Notes: generated from the letters alone by a model not told the origin. Shown: positions 24,193-35,875, counted from the first letter of the stretch. The stretch: 64,000 bases of DNA from Acidimicrobiales bacterium (GCA_965116665.1 OZ220709.1:1940062-2004061); one strand, 5' to 3'. Numbers and translations are program-made.

Positions 24193-27087
24193 GTGGCTGA
24201 GCGGCTGGTTATCTCGGGGGCGCGCGAGCACAACCTCAAGGACGTTCACCTCGACCTGCCGAGGGACGAGCTGATCGTGATCACCGGCCTGTCGGGCTCG
24301 GGCAAGAGCTCGCTGGCGTTCGACACCATCTACGCCGAGGGCCAGCGCCGGTACGTGGAGTCGCTGTCGGCCTACGCCCGGCAGTTCCTGGGCCAGATGG
24401 ACAAGCCAGACGTCGATTTCATCGAGGGCCTGTCGCCGGCCATATCCATCGACCAGAAGAGCGCCTCCCGCAATCCCCGCTCCACCGTCGGCACCATCAC
24501 CGAGGTCTACGACTACCTGCGGCTGCTGTACGCCCGCATCGGCGTGCCCCACGACCCCGAGACCGGCGAACGGCTGATCCGTCAGACCCCCCAGCAGATC
24601 GTGGACCGGATACTGGAGATGGAGCCGGGGACCCGCTTCCAGGTGCTGGCCCCGGTCGTGCGGGGACGCAAGGGCACCTACGACACGCTGCTGGCCGACC
24701 TGGCCGGCCAGGGGTACGCCCGGGCCATCGTCGACGGAGAGCTGGTCGAGCTGGCCGACATGGCCGGGACTACCGGCCTCTCCGGGGGCGCCGACGGCCT
24801 GGAGCTGGCCCGCTACGAGATGCACGACATCGCCGTCGTGGTGGACCGGCTGGTGCTGCGAGAGGGCGTCGAGCGGCGGCTGACCGACTCGGTGGAGACC
24901 GCGCTGCGGCTGGCCGACGGCATTGCCGAGATCGAGATCGTCCCCAGACCGGACGACGCAGCCGGTGCGGGCGATGCCGCAGAGACCCGGCGGATCGTGT
25001 TCAGCCAGCACCTGGCCCGGCCCTCCGACGGCAAGTCCTTCGAGGAGCTCGCCCCCCGCAACTTCTCGTTCAACTCTCCCTACGGGGCCTGCACCCACTG
25101 CGACGGCCTGGGCACGGTGTTCGAAGTAGACCCCCAGCTGGTGGTCCCCGATCCCGACGCCACCGTGGCCGGCGGGGCGATCACACCGTGGGCCGACAGC
25201 CGGTCGCGCTACTACCCGCGCCTGCTGCAGGCGGTCTGCGAAGAATACGCGATCCCCCGCGACGTGCCCTGGCGCCAGCTGAGCCAGCGCCAGCGGGACA
25301 TGCTGCTGTACGCCAGAGGCGTCACCGGCCGGGTGCAGGTCCGCTACCAGAACCGCTTCGGCCGCCACCGGGTGTACCAGGCCCGATTCGAGGGGATCGT
25401 CCCGCACCTGATGCGCCGCCACAACGAGTCGGAGAGCGACTCGGCCCGGGAGAACATCGAGGGCTACATGCGCCAGGTGCCGTGCCCCGACTGCGGAGGG
25501 GCCCGGCTCAACCCGCTGGCGCTGGCCGTGACCGTCGACGGCCGCAACATCCACGAGCTGTGCGCCATGTCGATCGCCGACGCGGCCAAGACCCTCGCCG
25601 AGCTGCACCTCGACGACCGCGACACCATGATCGCCGAGCAGGTCCTCAAGGAGATCCGGGCCCGGCTCGGCTTCCTGCTCGACGTCGGCCTCGACTATCT
25701 CAACCTGTCCCGCAGCGCGGCCACGCTCGCCGGGGGCGAGGCCCAGCGCATCCGGCTGGCCAGCCAGGTCGGCTCGGGCCTGGTGGGGGTGCTGTACGTG
25801 CTCGACGAGCCTTCGATCGGGCTTCACCAGCGCGACAACCGGCGCCTGATCGACACGTTGCTGCGGATGCGCGACCTGGGAAACACCGTCCTGGTGGTGG
25901 AGCACGACGAGGAGACCATCCGGGTTGCCGACCATGTGGTCGACATCGGGCCCGGCGCAGGCGAGCACGGCGGGACCATCGTGCACTCCGGGTCGTTCGA
26001 CGGCCTGCTCGGCGTGGAGGAGTCGGTCACCGGGCAGTACCTGTCGGGTCGCCGCCGCATCGAGGTGCCGCAGATGCGGCGGGTCGGCGACGGCACCCGA
26101 TTAGTGGTTCGCGGCGCCAGGGAGAACAACCTCGCCGACATCGACGTCGCCTTCCCGCTGCAGCGCTTCGTGTGCGTGACCGGGGTGTCGGGCTCGGGCA
26201 AGTCGTCGCTGGTCAACGAGATCCTGCACCGGGCGCTGATGCAGCACATCTACCGGTCCAAGACCCCGCCCGGGCGCCACACCCGGATCGACGGCACAGG
26301 CCACCTCGACAAGGTGATCGCCATCGACCAGTCGCCCATCGGCCGTACTCCCCGGTCCAACCCGGCCACCTACACCGGCGTGTTCGACCACGTCCGCAAA
26401 CTGTTCGCCAACACCGCCGAGTCCAGAGTGCGGGGCTACATGCCCGGGCGGTTCTCGTTCAACGTCAAGGGCGGGCGCTGCGAGGCCTGCCGGGGCGACG
26501 GCACCATCCGCATCGAGATGCACTTCCTTCCCGACGTGTACGTGCCGTGCGAGGTCTGCAAGGGCAAGCGCTACAACCGAGACACCCTGGAGGTGACCTT
26601 CAAGGGCCACAACATCGCCGAGGTGCTCGACATGCCCTGCGCCGACGCGCACCAGTTCTTCGCCAACCAGCCGGCCATCGCCCGCCATATGGGCACCCTG
26701 GTAGACGTCGGGCTCGGCTACGTGCGCCTCGGCCAGCCCGCCCCCACGCTGTCGGGGGGCGAGGCCCAGCGGGTGAAGCTCTCCAGCGAGCTGGCCAAGC
26801 GCTCCACCGGCCACACCATGTACATCCTCGACGAACCCACCACCGGGCTGCACTTCGAGGACGTGCGCAAGCTGCTGGGCGTCCTGGGCCGGCTGGTCGA
26901 CCAGGGCAATACCGTGGTGGTGATCGAGCACAACCTGGACGTGGTCAAGACGGCCGACTGGCTCATCGACCTGGGGCCCGAAGGCGGCTCCGGCGGGGGC
27001 CGGATCGTGGCCGAGGGCACCCCCGAGCAGGTGGCCGAGGTCCCCGAGAGCCACACCGGCCGCTATCTGCGCCCGATGCTGTGCTGA
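24193..27087 (+). CDS. uvrA: excinuclease ABC subunit A
   Basis: 964 aa with a GTG start. Two ABC modules ([27 protein letters not shown]), zinc fingers, and LSGGEAQR x2. Confidence 0.97.
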   Translation: MAERLVISGAREHNLKDVHLDLPRDELIVITGLSGSGKSSLAFDTIYAEGQRRYVESLSAYARQFLGQMDKPDVDFIEGLSPAISIDQKSASRNPRSTVGTITEVYDYLRLLYARIGVPHDPETGERLIRQTPQQIVDRILEMEPGTRFQVLAPVVRGRKGTYDTLLADLAGQGYARAIVDGELVELADMAGTTGLSGGADGLELARYEMHDIAVVVDRLVLREGVERRLTDSVETALRLADGIAEIEIVPRPDDAAGAGDAAETRRIVFSQHLARPSDGKSFEELAPRNFSFNSPYGACTHCDGLGTVFEVDPQLVVPDPDATVAGGAITPWADSRSRYYPRLLQAVCEEYAIPRDVPWRQLSQRQRDMLLYARGVTGRVQVRYQNRFGRHRVYQARFEGIVPHLMRRHNESESDSARENIEGYMRQVPCPDCGGARLNPLALAVTVDGRNIHELCAMSIADAAKTLAELHLDDRDTMIAEQVLKEIRARLGFLLDVGLDYLNLSRSAATLAGGEAQRIRLASQVGSGLVGVLYVLDEPSIGLHQRDNRRLIDTLLRMRDLGNTVLVVEHDEETIRVADHVVDIGPGAGEHGGTIVHSGSFDGLLGVEESVTGQYLSGRRRIEVPQMRRVGDGTRLVVRGARENNLADIDVAFPLQRFVCVTGVSGSGKSSLVNEILHRALMQHIYRSKTPPGRHTRIDGTGHLDKVIAIDQSPIGRTPRSNPATYTGVFDHVRKLFANTAESRVRGYMPGRFSFNVKGGRCEACRGDGTIRIEMHFLPDVYVPCEVCKGKRYNRDTLEVTFKGHNIAEVLDMPCADAHQFFANQPAIARHMGTLVDVGLGYVRLGQPAPTLSGGEAQRVKLSSELAKRSTGHTMYILDEPTTGLHFEDVRKLLGVLGRLVDQGNTVVVIEHNLDVVKTADWLIDLGPEGGSGGGRIVAEGTPEQVAEVPESHTGRYLRPMLC

Positions 27088-28937
27088 ACCGGCCGGCGTC
27101 GGGGTCCATCCCCGACTCGCCCGGGTCCTACCAGTTCCTCGACGCCGAGGGTCGGGTCATCTACGTCGGCAAGGCCAAGAGCCTGCGGTCGCGTCTCAAC
27201 AACTACTTCGGCTCGCACCTGCCGCTCCGCACCCGCCAGATGGTCGACGCGGCCGCGTCGGTGGAGTGGATCCAGGTGGCCAACGAGGTCGAGGCCCTGA
27301 TGCTCGAGTTCTCGCTGATCCAGCGCCACCGGCCCCGGTTCAACGTGCGATACACCGACGACAAGTCGTACCCGTTCCTTTGCGTGACCATGCTCGACGA
27401 ATGGCCGAGGGCCATGGTCATGCGGGGCCGGCGCCGCAAGGGCAACCGCTACTTCGGCCCCTACGGGCACGCCTACGCCATACGCGACACCCTCGACCTG
27501 CTGCTGCGCACGTTCCCGATCCGCACCTGCACCGACGGCAAGTTCCGCCGGTACGCCAGCCTGGGCAAGCCCTGCCTGCTGTACCACATCGAGAAGTGCT
27601 CGGGTCCGTGCGTGGGCGAGGTCACCCCCGACGACTACGCCGCGATGGTGGCCGAGCTTCTGGAGTTCCTGGCGGGCGACACCGAGCCGGTGATCGACCG
27701 TCTCAGCGCCGAGATGGCCGCCGCCGCCGAAGAGCTGGAGTACGAGCGGGCCGCCCGGCTCCGGGACCGGCTCGACTCGGTCCGCAAGGCGGTGGAGACC
27801 CAGCAGATGGTGGGCTCCCGCAGCGAGGACTTCGACGTGATCGGCTTGGTGGAGGACGCACTGGAGGCGGCTGTGCAGGTGTTCTTCGTGCGCCGGGGCC
27901 GGGTGATGGGGCGCCGGGGCTTCATGATCGACAAGGCCGAGGAGCTCGACCGGGCCGAGCTGGTGAGCCGGACCCTCGAGCGCCTCTACTTCGACGACAA
28001 CCCGCTGGGCTGGCCCAAGACGGTGCTGGTGCCCGACATGCCCGCCGCGGCCGGCCTCTACACCGAGTGGCTCACCGAGATGCGCGGCTCCCGGGTGCAG
28101 GTCCGGGTGCCCCAGCGCGGCCCCAAGCGGGCCCTGCAACAGACCGTGACCCGCAACGCCGAGGAGTCGTTCACCCGGCACCGGCTCAAGCGCAGCACCG
28201 ACCACAACAGCCGGGCCCGGGCCCTCAACGAACTCCAGGAGCACCTGAGGCTGGCCGAGGCCCCGCTGCGCATCGAATGCTACGACATGAGCCACCTGTC
28301 GGGCCAGGACTATGTGGGCTCGATGGTGGTGCTAGAGGACGGCCTGCCGAAAAAATCCGACTACCGGCGCTTCCGGTTGCGCTCGGTGCCCGGCAACGAC
28401 GACTTCGCGGCCATGCACGAGGTGCTCACCCGGCGCCTGAGCGGCTACCTGGAACAGCGGTCCCGGCCGGTGACGGAACGCGACGGGAGATTCTCCTATC
28501 CGCCGCAGCTGCTGCTGGTGGACGGCGGCAAGGGCCAGCTGGGGGTGGCGGTGCGGGTGCTGGAGGAGCTCGGCCTCGAAGAAGAGATCCCCGCCGCGGC
28601 CCTGGCCAAGCAGTTCGAGGAGGTGTTCGTGCCCGGGCGGACCGAGCCGGTGCGCCTGCCACGCCAGTCCGAGGCCCTGTACATGCTGCAGCGCATCCGT
28701 GACGAGAGCCACCGGTTCGCCATCGCGTACCACCGCACCCTGCGAGGCAAACGGATGACGGGCTCGGCCCTCGACGGCATCGCCGGCCTCGGCCCGGTCC
28801 GCAAGGCCCGGCTCACCAAGGAGCTCGGCGGCGTCAGGGCCGTCCAGCGGGCCGAATTGAGCGAGCTCAAGGCCCTGGGCTGGCTGCCCGACGCAGTGGC
28901 CGACAACGTCCACGCCGCCTTCCACGGTCGCGGCTGA
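27081..28937 (+). CDS. uvrC: excinuclease ABC subunit C
   Basis: The GTG at 27081 overlaps the uvrA stop by 7 nt. It has the GIY-YIG motif ([29 protein letters not shown]), the UVR domain ([11 protein letters not shown]) and a C-terminal HhH. The 1249-aa track ORF is this frame run backwards through uvrA. Confidence 0.95.
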   Translation: MLNRPASGSIPDSPGSYQFLDAEGRVIYVGKAKSLRSRLNNYFGSHLPLRTRQMVDAAASVEWIQVANEVEALMLEFSLIQRHRPRFNVRYTDDKSYPFLCVTMLDEWPRAMVMRGRRRKGNRYFGPYGHAYAIRDTLDLLLRTFPIRTCTDGKFRRYASLGKPCLLYHIEKCSGPCVGEVTPDDYAAMVAELLEFLAGDTEPVIDRLSAEMAAAAEELEYERAARLRDRLDSVRKAVETQQMVGSRSEDFDVIGLVEDALEAAVQVFFVRRGRVMGRRGFMIDKAEELDRAELVSRTLERLYFDDNPLGWPKTVLVPDMPAAAGLYTEWLTEMRGSRVQVRVPQRGPKRALQQTVTRNAEESFTRHRLKRSTDHNSRARALNELQEHLRLAEAPLRIECYDMSHLSGQDYVGSMVVLEDGLPKKSDYRRFRLRSVPGNDDFAAMHEVLTRRLSGYLEQRSRPVTERDGRFSYPPQLLLVDGGKGQLGVAVRVLEELGLEEEIPAAALAKQFEEVFVPGRTEPVRLPRQSEALYMLQRIRDESHRFAIAYHRTLRGKRMTGSALDGIAGLGPVRKARLTKELGGVRAVQRAELSELKALGWLPDAVADNVHAAFHGRG

Positions 28938-29088
28938 GCCCGGCCCCTCCCGTCCCCGAACTGGCAGCCCAGAACACCCGAACCGGCACCCTCCACTGCC
29001 AATCCGCTACCTCCGCTGGCCGGGGACTGCTCGGGCCGCGGGGGACGGGGAATAGGCTGCTGCGGAGCGCTACCGACGGAGGTGCCCG

Positions 29089-29892
29089 GTGCACGACTCC
29101 TTGAGCGGCAGGATCGTCCTGGTGACCGGAGCTGGGCGCGGCATCGGCCGAGCTATCGCCGAGCGCTTCGCCGGAGCGGGATCGACGGTCGCGGTCAACG
29201 ACATAGACGGAGAGGCTGCGGCCGGCACCGCAGACGCCATCTCGCAGCGGGGCGGCACCGCCATTGTCACGCCGGCCGACGTGTCCGACAGCTCCGGGGT
29301 GGCCGCCATGGTCGACGCGGTCATGGCCGAGTACGGCCGCATCGACGTGTTGGTGAACAACGCCGGGATAGTCAGCCCGATGCTCCACTTCCTCGAGGCC
29401 GACGAGGCATGGTGGCGGCGCATCATCGACGTCAATCTGACCGGTCACTTCCTGGTGTCGCACCCGGTGGCCCGCATCATGGCCAAGAACGGCGGCGGCA
29501 GCATCATCAACATGAGCTCGGGCGGCGCCACCCGGGCCCACCGGTCCTTCACCGCCTACGACGCCACCAAGGGCGGGATCGAGGCCCTCACCCGGGCCAT
29601 GGCGCTGGACCTCGGCCCCTACAACGTGAGGGTCAATGCGCTGGTTCCCGGCGCGATCGACACCAGCGGGATGTCGGCGGACGAGCGGGTGCTGCGGGGT
29701 GAGAACGTGCCGCTTGGCCGGGTCGGCGAGCCCCTCGACCTGACCGGAGCGGCGCTGTTCCTGGCCTCCGACGACGCCACCTACATCACCGGCGAGACGC
29801 TGCGGGTGGACGGCGGGATGCTGGCCCAGCAGCGCTCGGCCACGGTCGACATCGTGAGCCCCGACAGTTTTCCCGCCCTCGAGGACCTGTAG
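29089..29892 (+). CDS. SDR-family oxidoreductase
   Basis: VLVTGAGRGIGRAIA, NNAG, and Y..K (TAYDATKGG). Confidence 0.85.
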   Translation: MHDSLSGRIVLVTGAGRGIGRAIAERFAGAGSTVAVNDIDGEAAAGTADAISQRGGTAIVTPADVSDSSGVAAMVDAVMAEYGRIDVLVNNAGIVSPMLHFLEADEAWWRRIIDVNLTGHFLVSHPVARIMAKNGGGSIINMSSGGATRAHRSFTAYDATKGGIEALTRAMALDLGPYNVRVNALVPGAIDTSGMSADERVLRGENVPLGRVGEPLDLTGAALFLASDDATYITGETLRVDGGMLAQQRSATVDIVSPDSFPALEDL

Positions 29893-29894
29893 CC

Positions 29895-32800
29895 GTGCCC
29901 GCGCCCCGGATCGGAGTGGATGTCGGGGGCACCTTCACCGACGTCGCCCTTGAGCAGGATGGCGGCAAGTTCTCGTCCATCAAGGTTCTCACCACCCACG
30001 AACGGCCCGAGGAGGGGATTCTCGCCGGAATCGCGTCCGTCGCCAGCCGCGAGGGCGTGGCCATGCAGGAGGTGACACAGATCATCCACGGCACGACGCT
30101 GGCCACCAACGCCCTGATCGAGCGCCGGGGGGCCCGCACCGCTCTGGTCACGACCGCCGGGTTCCGTGACGTGATCGAGACCCGTACCGAGAGCCGCTTC
30201 GAGCAGTACGACCTCAACATCGTGCTGCCCGCGCCGTTGATCGAGCGCAAGGACCGCTTCGTGGTGCCCGAGCGGATCAGCGCCTCGGGCGAGGTGCTGC
30301 TGGACTTCGACGAGCGGGCCGCCCGCGAAGTCGTGGACCGGTTGGTGGCCGGAGGGTACGCCTCGGTGGCCGTCGGGTTCATGCACAGCTACCGGAACCC
30401 GGACCACGAGCGCCGCTTCCTGGAGCTGCTGCTGGAGGCTTCCGATGGCATCGCGGTGTCGCTGAGCTGCGAGGTCTCACCCCAGATGCGGGAGTTCGAG
30501 CGGTTCAACACGGTCTGCGCCAATGCCTACGTCCAGCCGTTGATCGCCTCGTACCTGCGCAGGCTCGAGTCCGAGCTTCGCCTCATGGGCGCGTCGTGCC
30601 CGCTGATGCTGATCCATTCGGGCGGCGGCCTGATGAGCAGCGCCGCGGCGGCCTCGTTCCCGGTGAGGCTCATCGAGTCGGGACCGGCCGGGGGAGCGAT
30701 CTTCGCCGCGCACCTGGCGCGGACCCATCGCCGTGACCGGATCGTCTCGTTCGACATGGGCGGGACCACGGCCAAGATCGCCCTCATCGAGGACTGCTCG
30801 CCGCGCACGGCCAAGACGTTCGAGACGGCCCGAACCGCCCGCTTCAAGAAGGGCAGCGGCATGCCGATCTCGGTTCCCACCATCGAGATGATCGAGATCG
30901 GCGCGGGGGGCGGCTCCATCGCCACCGTCGACGCTCTGGGCCAGGTACGGGTGGGACCCCACAGCGCGGGCGCCCACCCCGGCCCGGCGTCCTACGACCT
31001 GGGCGGAACAGCCGCGACCGTCACCGACGCCAACGTGCAGATGGGCCGGCTGCAGCCCGACACGTTCGGGGCGGCCGACATCTCGCTGTCGCCCGCGCTG
31101 GCCGCCGAAGCCCTGGGGTCCTCGGTGGGAGGGGCGCTCGGGCTCGACACCGACGCGGCCGCGGTCGGCGTGGCCGAGGTGGTGGACGAGAACATGGCCA
31201 ACGCGGCCCGAACCCACGCGGTGGAGAGCGGCAAGGACCTCACCGGATACTCCATGGTCGCCTTCGGGGGCGCGGCGCCCCTCCATGCCGGTCGGCTCAT
31301 CGACAAGCTCGGCATCGACGAGGTGCTGGTACCGCCGGGTGCAGGGGTGGGCTCGGCGATCGGGTTCTTGCTGGCGCCGTTCTCCTACGAGGCCACCCGC
31401 AGCTTCTACGCCACCTCCGAAGACTTCGACACCGCCGGTGTCAGGATCGTGCTCGACGAGCTGGCCGCCGAGGCTGAGGCCTTCGTCCGGACGGGCACGA
31501 CCGAAGCGGTGACCACCGAACGCGAGGTGCTGATGCGCTACCGCGGGCAGGGATGGGAGATCCCGGTGACGCTGCCCCAGGGCGAATTCGACGACATCGC
31601 CGCCCAGGAGCTCCTAACCGCCTTCGTCAAGGCCTACGAGGCCTTCTTCGGGCGAGCCATCGACGGCTTGACCATCGAGGCGGTGAGCTGGTCAGTCAGG
31701 GTGTCCTCGGTGCGCGACGCGCCCCGCACGGTTGAGCCGGCCGGCGCGGCCGAGCCTCTGGCGGTGAGCGGCATCCGGCTGGTGCACGACGGGGCCGCAG
31801 GCACCACGGTGGCTACGGCCCTCTACGAGCGCAGCGCCCTCTCCGCCGGTGACACCGTGAACGGTCCGGCCCTGATCACCGAGGACCAGACCACCACCGT
31901 GGTCGGGTCGCAGCACACCGCGGTAGTCCAGCCCGACCTGACGCTGAGGATCGCCCGCAACCGCCAGGACACGACCTTCAGCCGGACCACCGCCAGCCAT
32001 GCCACCACCAGCCGGCAGCACAGCAAGGGGGAAGCCCGCAGCGGGAGACCAGGCGCCGCCCAGCGCGAGGTCGCTCTGCAGATCATGTGGAACCGGCTGG
32101 TCTCGGTGGTCGAGGAGCAGGCGCTCACGCTCGTGCGGACCGCCTTCTCGACGTCGGTCCGCGAGGCCGGGGACCTGTCGGCGGGCGTGTTCGACCGCGC
32201 CGGACGGATGATCGCCCAAGCTGTCACCGGTACGCCCGGCCACGTCAACACCATGGCCGCGTCGCTCGGGCACTTCATCAACGAGATCGGCTCCGACAGC
32301 ATGAGGCCGGGGGACGTGTACCTCACCAACGACCCGTGGAAGGCCACCGGCCACCTTCACGACTTCACCGTGGCCACGCCGGTGTTCGCCGGCGACGGCT
32401 TGAGCGACTCCCGGCAGCTGATCGGCTTCTTCGCCTCGACCGCGCACGTGGTGGACATCGGCGGTCGGGGCTTCGGCCCCGACGGGCGCGAGCTGTACGA
32501 GGAGGGCCTCCGCATCCCGATCATGCGCTGGGCCGATCGGGGCCGGCTCAACCGCGACCTGGTCGAGATCGTGCGGGCCAACGTGCGCGAGCCCGACCAG
32601 GTGGTCGGCGACATCCACGGCCTGGCCGCCTCCAACGAGACCGGCCGGCGGCGGCTGCTCGACATGCTGGCAGAGTTCGGGCTGCCCGACCTCGACGAAT
32701 TGGCCGGCTTCGTGTTCGACCGCACCCGCCGAGCCACCCTCGATGCGCTGGGCCGGGTGCCCAACGGCGTCTACCGCAACACCATGCGGGTGGACGGCTA

Positions 32801-33683
32801 TGGAGACCCGGTGACCCTGGCGACCGCCGTGACCGTGACCGACACCGGCATGCACGCCGACTTCACGGGGACATCGACGCTCAGCTCATTCGGCATCAAC
32901 GTCCCGATCACCTACGCGCAGGCATACTTCACCTACGGGATGCTGGTGGCGCTGGCTCCGGAGCTGCCCAACAACTTCGCATCGCTGGAACCGTTCACGG
33001 TCAGCTCGCCGCCGGGCACCATCCTCAACGCGGCGGAGCCCGACCCGGTGGCGGTGCGTCACGTGATCGGCCACTTCGTGACCGACCTGTGCATGGGCGC
33101 CATCGCCGAGGCCCTGCCCGAGGTGGTGCCGGCCGAGGGTTCGGGGGCGTTGTGGAACTTCCAGGCCAGCGCCCGCAGCGCCGACCCGGCCGACCCCCGG
33201 CCGCCGGTGGAGATGCTCATGTTCAACAGCGGCGGCAGCGGCGCCCGGCCCGGACTGGACGGGCTTACCGCCACCGCCTTCCCGTCGGGTGTTCGGACGA
33301 TGAGCGTCGAGGCGACCGAGCAGGTCGGACCGATAGTGGTGTGGCGCAAGGAGATCCGCAACGGCAGCGGGGGCGAGGGCCGGTTCCGGGGCGGGCTGGG
33401 GCAGGTCATCGAGATCGGCCCGGCGGAGGGGTACCTGTTCGAGTTCTCGGCCATGTTCGACCGGGTGGAAAATCCGGCCCGGGGCCGGGCCGGCGGAGCG
33501 GACGGAGCCCGCGGCCGGGTCGGTCTCGACGACGGCACCCCCTTCTCGGCCAAGGGCAAGCAGACGGTCGCGGCCGGGCGCCGGCTCATCCTCGAGCTGC
33601 CCGGCGGGGGAGGCTTCGGCGACCCGGCCGGGCGCGATCCGGCCGCGGTCGCGAACGACATCGCCCAGGGCTACGTGACTTGA
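29895..33683 (+). CDS. fused hydantoinase A / hydantoinase B (oxoprolinase-family) protein
   Basis: A single 1262-aa ORF. The N-terminal half starts RIGVDVGGTFTDV (HyuA-type). The C-terminal half (from ~aa 720, IMWNRLVSVVEEQALTLVRTAFS...) is HyuB-type. Confidence 0.9.
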   Translation: MPAPRIGVDVGGTFTDVALEQDGGKFSSIKVLTTHERPEEGILAGIASVASREGVAMQEVTQIIHGTTLATNALIERRGARTALVTTAGFRDVIETRTESRFEQYDLNIVLPAPLIERKDRFVVPERISASGEVLLDFDERAAREVVDRLVAGGYASVAVGFMHSYRNPDHERRFLELLLEASDGIAVSLSCEVSPQMREFERFNTVCANAYVQPLIASYLRRLESELRLMGASCPLMLIHSGGGLMSSAAAASFPVRLIESGPAGGAIFAAHLARTHRRDRIVSFDMGGTTAKIALIEDCSPRTAKTFETARTARFKKGSGMPISVPTIEMIEIGAGGGSIATVDALGQVRVGPHSAGAHPGPASYDLGGTAATVTDANVQMGRLQPDTFGAADISLSPALAAEALGSSVGGALGLDTDAAAVGVAEVVDENMANAARTHAVESGKDLTGYSMVAFGGAAPLHAGRLIDKLGIDEVLVPPGAGVGSAIGFLLAPFSYEATRSFYATSEDFDTAGVRIVLDELAAEAEAFVRTGTTEAVTTEREVLMRYRGQGWEIPVTLPQGEFDDIAAQELLTAFVKAYEAFFGRAIDGLTIEAVSWSVRVSSVRDAPRTVEPAGAAEPLAVSGIRLVHDGAAGTTVATALYERSALSAGDTVNGPALITEDQTTTVVGSQHTAVVQPDLTLRIARNRQDTTFSRTTASHATTSRQHSKGEARSGRPGAAQREVALQIMWNRLVSVVEEQALTLVRTAFSTSVREAGDLSAGVFDRAGRMIAQAVTGTPGHVNTMAASLGHFINEIGSDSMRPGDVYLTNDPWKATGHLHDFTVATPVFAGDGLSDSRQLIGFFASTAHVVDIGGRGFGPDGRELYEEGLRIPIMRWADRGRLNRDLVEIVRANVREPDQVVGDIHGLAASNETGRRRLLDMLAEFGLPDLDELAGFVFDRTRRATLDALGRVPNGVYRNTMRVDGYGDPVTLATAVTVTDTGMHADFTGTSTLSSFGINVPITYAQAYFTYGMLVALAPELPNNFASLEPFTVSSPPGTILNAAEPDPVAVRHVIGHFVTDLCMGAIAEALPEVVPAEGSGALWNFQASARSADPADPRPPVEMLMFNSGGSGARPGLDGLTATAFPSGVRTMSVEATEQVGPIVVWRKEIRNGSGGEGRFRGGLGQVIEIGPAEGYLFEFSAMFDRVENPARGRAGGADGARGRVGLDDGTPFSAKGKQTVAAGRRLILELPGGGGFGDPAGRDPAAVANDIAQGYVT

Positions 33684-34861
33684 GAGACTCCTACGATGTC
33701 ATCATCGTGGGCGGGGCGATGATGGGCTCCGGAGCCGCCTGGTTCCTGTCCCGCAACCCGGACTTCGACGGCACCGTCCTGGTGGTGGAACGCGACCCGT
33801 CGTACCAGGAGAGCTCCACCGCCCGCACCAACAGCTGCATGCGCCAGCAGTTCTCCCGCGAGGTGAACATCCGCATCTCGCAGTTCGGCGCCGAGTTCGT
33901 GCGGGACTTCCGGTCCTGGGTGGACGATCCCGAAGCGCCGGAGATCCCGGTCAACCACTTCGGCTACATGTACCTCGCGTCCGATGCGGCCGCAGCCGAG
34001 GTGCTGGAGGCCAACCAGCGGATCCAGGCCTCGCTGGGAGCGGGCACCAGGATCATGGCCCCGTCCGAGATTGCGGCCGAGTACCCGTTCTACAACGTGG
34101 ATGACATCGTGTGCGGCAGCCACAACCTCGTCGGGGAGGGCTGGTTCGACTCGGGGACCATCTTCGACTGGTGGCGACGGCAGGCCCGCCGCAACGGCGT
34201 CGAATACCACACCGGCGAGGTAGTCGGAATCGGTCGCCGCCGCGACGCGGTGACCGGTGTGGCCCTCGCGTCGGGCCTCCGCATCGGCTGCGGCACCCTG
34301 GTCAACGCCACTGGTCCGCGGGCCGCCCGCACGGCCGCCATGGCCGGCCTGGAACTGCCGGTGGAGCCCCGCAAGCGGTTCACGTGGATGTTCGAGGCGG
34401 CCGAGCCGCTGGAGCAGGACCTGCCACTGACCATCGACCCCACCGGCGTGCACGTCCGCACCGACGGTGGCGCCTACATGGCCGGCTGCTCGCCGGAGCA
34501 CGACCCTCCGGTGGACCACGACGACTTCGACATGGACCACGACATCTTCGAGTCCAAGGTGTGGCCCGCGCTGGCCCACCGCATCCCCGCCTTCGAGCGG
34601 ATCAAGGTCACCAGCCGCTGGGCCGGGCACTACGCCTACAACCGCTTGGACCACAACGCGGTGGTCGGCCCCCATCCCGAGGTGTCGAACTTCCTCTTCG
34701 TGAACGGCTTCTCCGGCCACGGCATGCAGCAGTCCCCGGCCGTGGGCCGGGCCGTGGCGGAGCTGATCGCCTACGGCGAGTACCGGACGCTCGACCTGTC
34801 GGCGCTCGGATACGAGCGCATCGCCCGGGGCGAGCCGTTCGTTGAGACGGCCATCATCTGA
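33680..34861 (+). CDS. FAD-dependent oxidoreductase (DAO/sarcosine-oxidase-beta-like)
   Basis: A TTG start overlaps the upstream stop (TTGA). YDVIIVGGAMMGSGAAWFL is the dinucleotide-binding fold. The upstream part of the track ORF is out-of-frame read-through of the hydantoinase gene. Confidence 0.8.
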   Translation: MRDSYDVIIVGGAMMGSGAAWFLSRNPDFDGTVLVVERDPSYQESSTARTNSCMRQQFSREVNIRISQFGAEFVRDFRSWVDDPEAPEIPVNHFGYMYLASDAAAAEVLEANQRIQASLGAGTRIMAPSEIAAEYPFYNVDDIVCGSHNLVGEGWFDSGTIFDWWRRQARRNGVEYHTGEVVGIGRRRDAVTGVALASGLRIGCGTLVNATGPRAARTAAMAGLELPVEPRKRFTWMFEAAEPLEQDLPLTIDPTGVHVRTDGGAYMAGCSPEHDPPVDHDDFDMDHDIFESKVWPALAHRIPAFERIKVTSRWAGHYAYNRLDHNAVVGPHPEVSNFLFVNGFSGHGMQQSPAVGRAVAELIAYGEYRTLDLSALGYERIARGEPFVETAII

Positions 34862-34930
34862 GCCCGACCGGGCCGCGATCCGCCGCACAACGGCGAGCGC
34901 TGCGGGACCCGCAACTACGATGGTGGTCGA

Positions 34931-35785
34931 GTGAGTGCCTTCGTCGTCATTGCGGGGATGTCGGGAGCGGGTCGCAGCCACGCGGCCAACAACCTTGAGG
35001 ACCTCGGCTGGTTCGTGATGGACAACCTGCCGCCGTCGCTCATCTCGAAGGTGGCCGAACTAGCCGGGCCGCCGGGCACCGGCACCGACCGGCTGGCGCT
35101 GGTGGTGGGCAGCGGTCGCTACTACGACGAGGCCGCGGGCATGATCGACGACCTGCGGGCCCAGATACCGGGTCTGCGGATCCTTTTCCTCGACGCGGCC
35201 ACCGACGTGCTGGTGCGCAGGTACGAGTCCACCCGGCGCCGCCACCCGTTCTCGGAGACCGGCACGCTGGCCGAGGCCATCGAGGCTGAGCGGATCGCGC
35301 TGGAGCCCGTGCGGGCCACCGCCGACGTGGTCGTGGACACCACCGAACTCAACGTCCACCAGCTGCGCGACCGCATGTCCGAGCTGTTCGAAGAGGGCGA
35401 GGGTCACACCATGCGGGTCACGGTGCTGTCCTTCGGCTACATGCACGGCATCCCGCTCGACGTCGACATGGTGATCGACTGCCGGTTCCTGCCCAACCCC
35501 TACTGGGTGGAGGACTTGAAGCCGCTCAGCGGCCTGGACGCCGCGGTCGTCGATTTCGTGATGGACCAGCCGGTCACCGGCGAGTTCCTCGACCGGATGG
35601 AGTCGCTGCTGGCTCTGCTGGTGCCCCAGTACGTGGCCGAGGGCAAGTCGTACCTAACTGTGGCTTTCGGATGCACCGGCGGCCGGCACCGCTCGGTGGC
35701 GGTCACCGAGCACTTCGCCAAGGTGCTGGCAGCCATCGGCCACGAGCCGGCGGTGGTGCACCGCGACATCGACAAGGACAAGTGA
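34931..35785 (+). CDS. rapZ: RNase adapter protein RapZ
   Basis: 284 aa with a GTG start. It has the P-loop IAGMSGAGRS and the motif GCTGGRHRSV. Confidence 0.9.
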   Translation: MSAFVVIAGMSGAGRSHAANNLEDLGWFVMDNLPPSLISKVAELAGPPGTGTDRLALVVGSGRYYDEAAGMIDDLRAQIPGLRILFLDAATDVLVRRYESTRRRHPFSETGTLAEAIEAERIALEPVRATADVVVDTTELNVHQLRDRMSELFEEGEGHTMRVTVLSFGYMHGIPLDVDMVIDCRFLPNPYWVEDLKPLSGLDAAVVDFVMDQPVTGEFLDRMESLLALLVPQYVAEGKSYLTVAFGCTGGRHRSVAVTEHFAKVLAAIGHEPAVVHRDIDKDK

Positions 35786-35875
35786 CCGCCCGGCTCGGCG
35801 GCGCATGTGCGAGCCCGATGACCAGCGCTCGGAGATCCGCCCGGTGGGCGTCCGGCCCGGCCTAGCCTCTGGCTC

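Noticed and set aside
25188-28937. 1249-aa ORF that looks like a giant protein spanning uvrA and uvrC.
   Set aside because: Only the last 618 codons (from GTG 27081) carry UvrC motifs. The upstream 630 codons are an open alternative frame inside uvrA. The same logic trimmed 32087-34861, 51202-54063, 54060-55871, 54909-55886, 55388-57169, 56485-58422 and 7244-8737.
28938-29088. A long-range G/C-rich imperfect inverted repeat (CCCTCCCGTCCCCG ... CGGGGGACGGGGA) after uvrC.
   Set aside because: The arms differ by indels, the spacer is about 90 nt, and the sequence is low-complexity G/C. It is not distinguishable from background.
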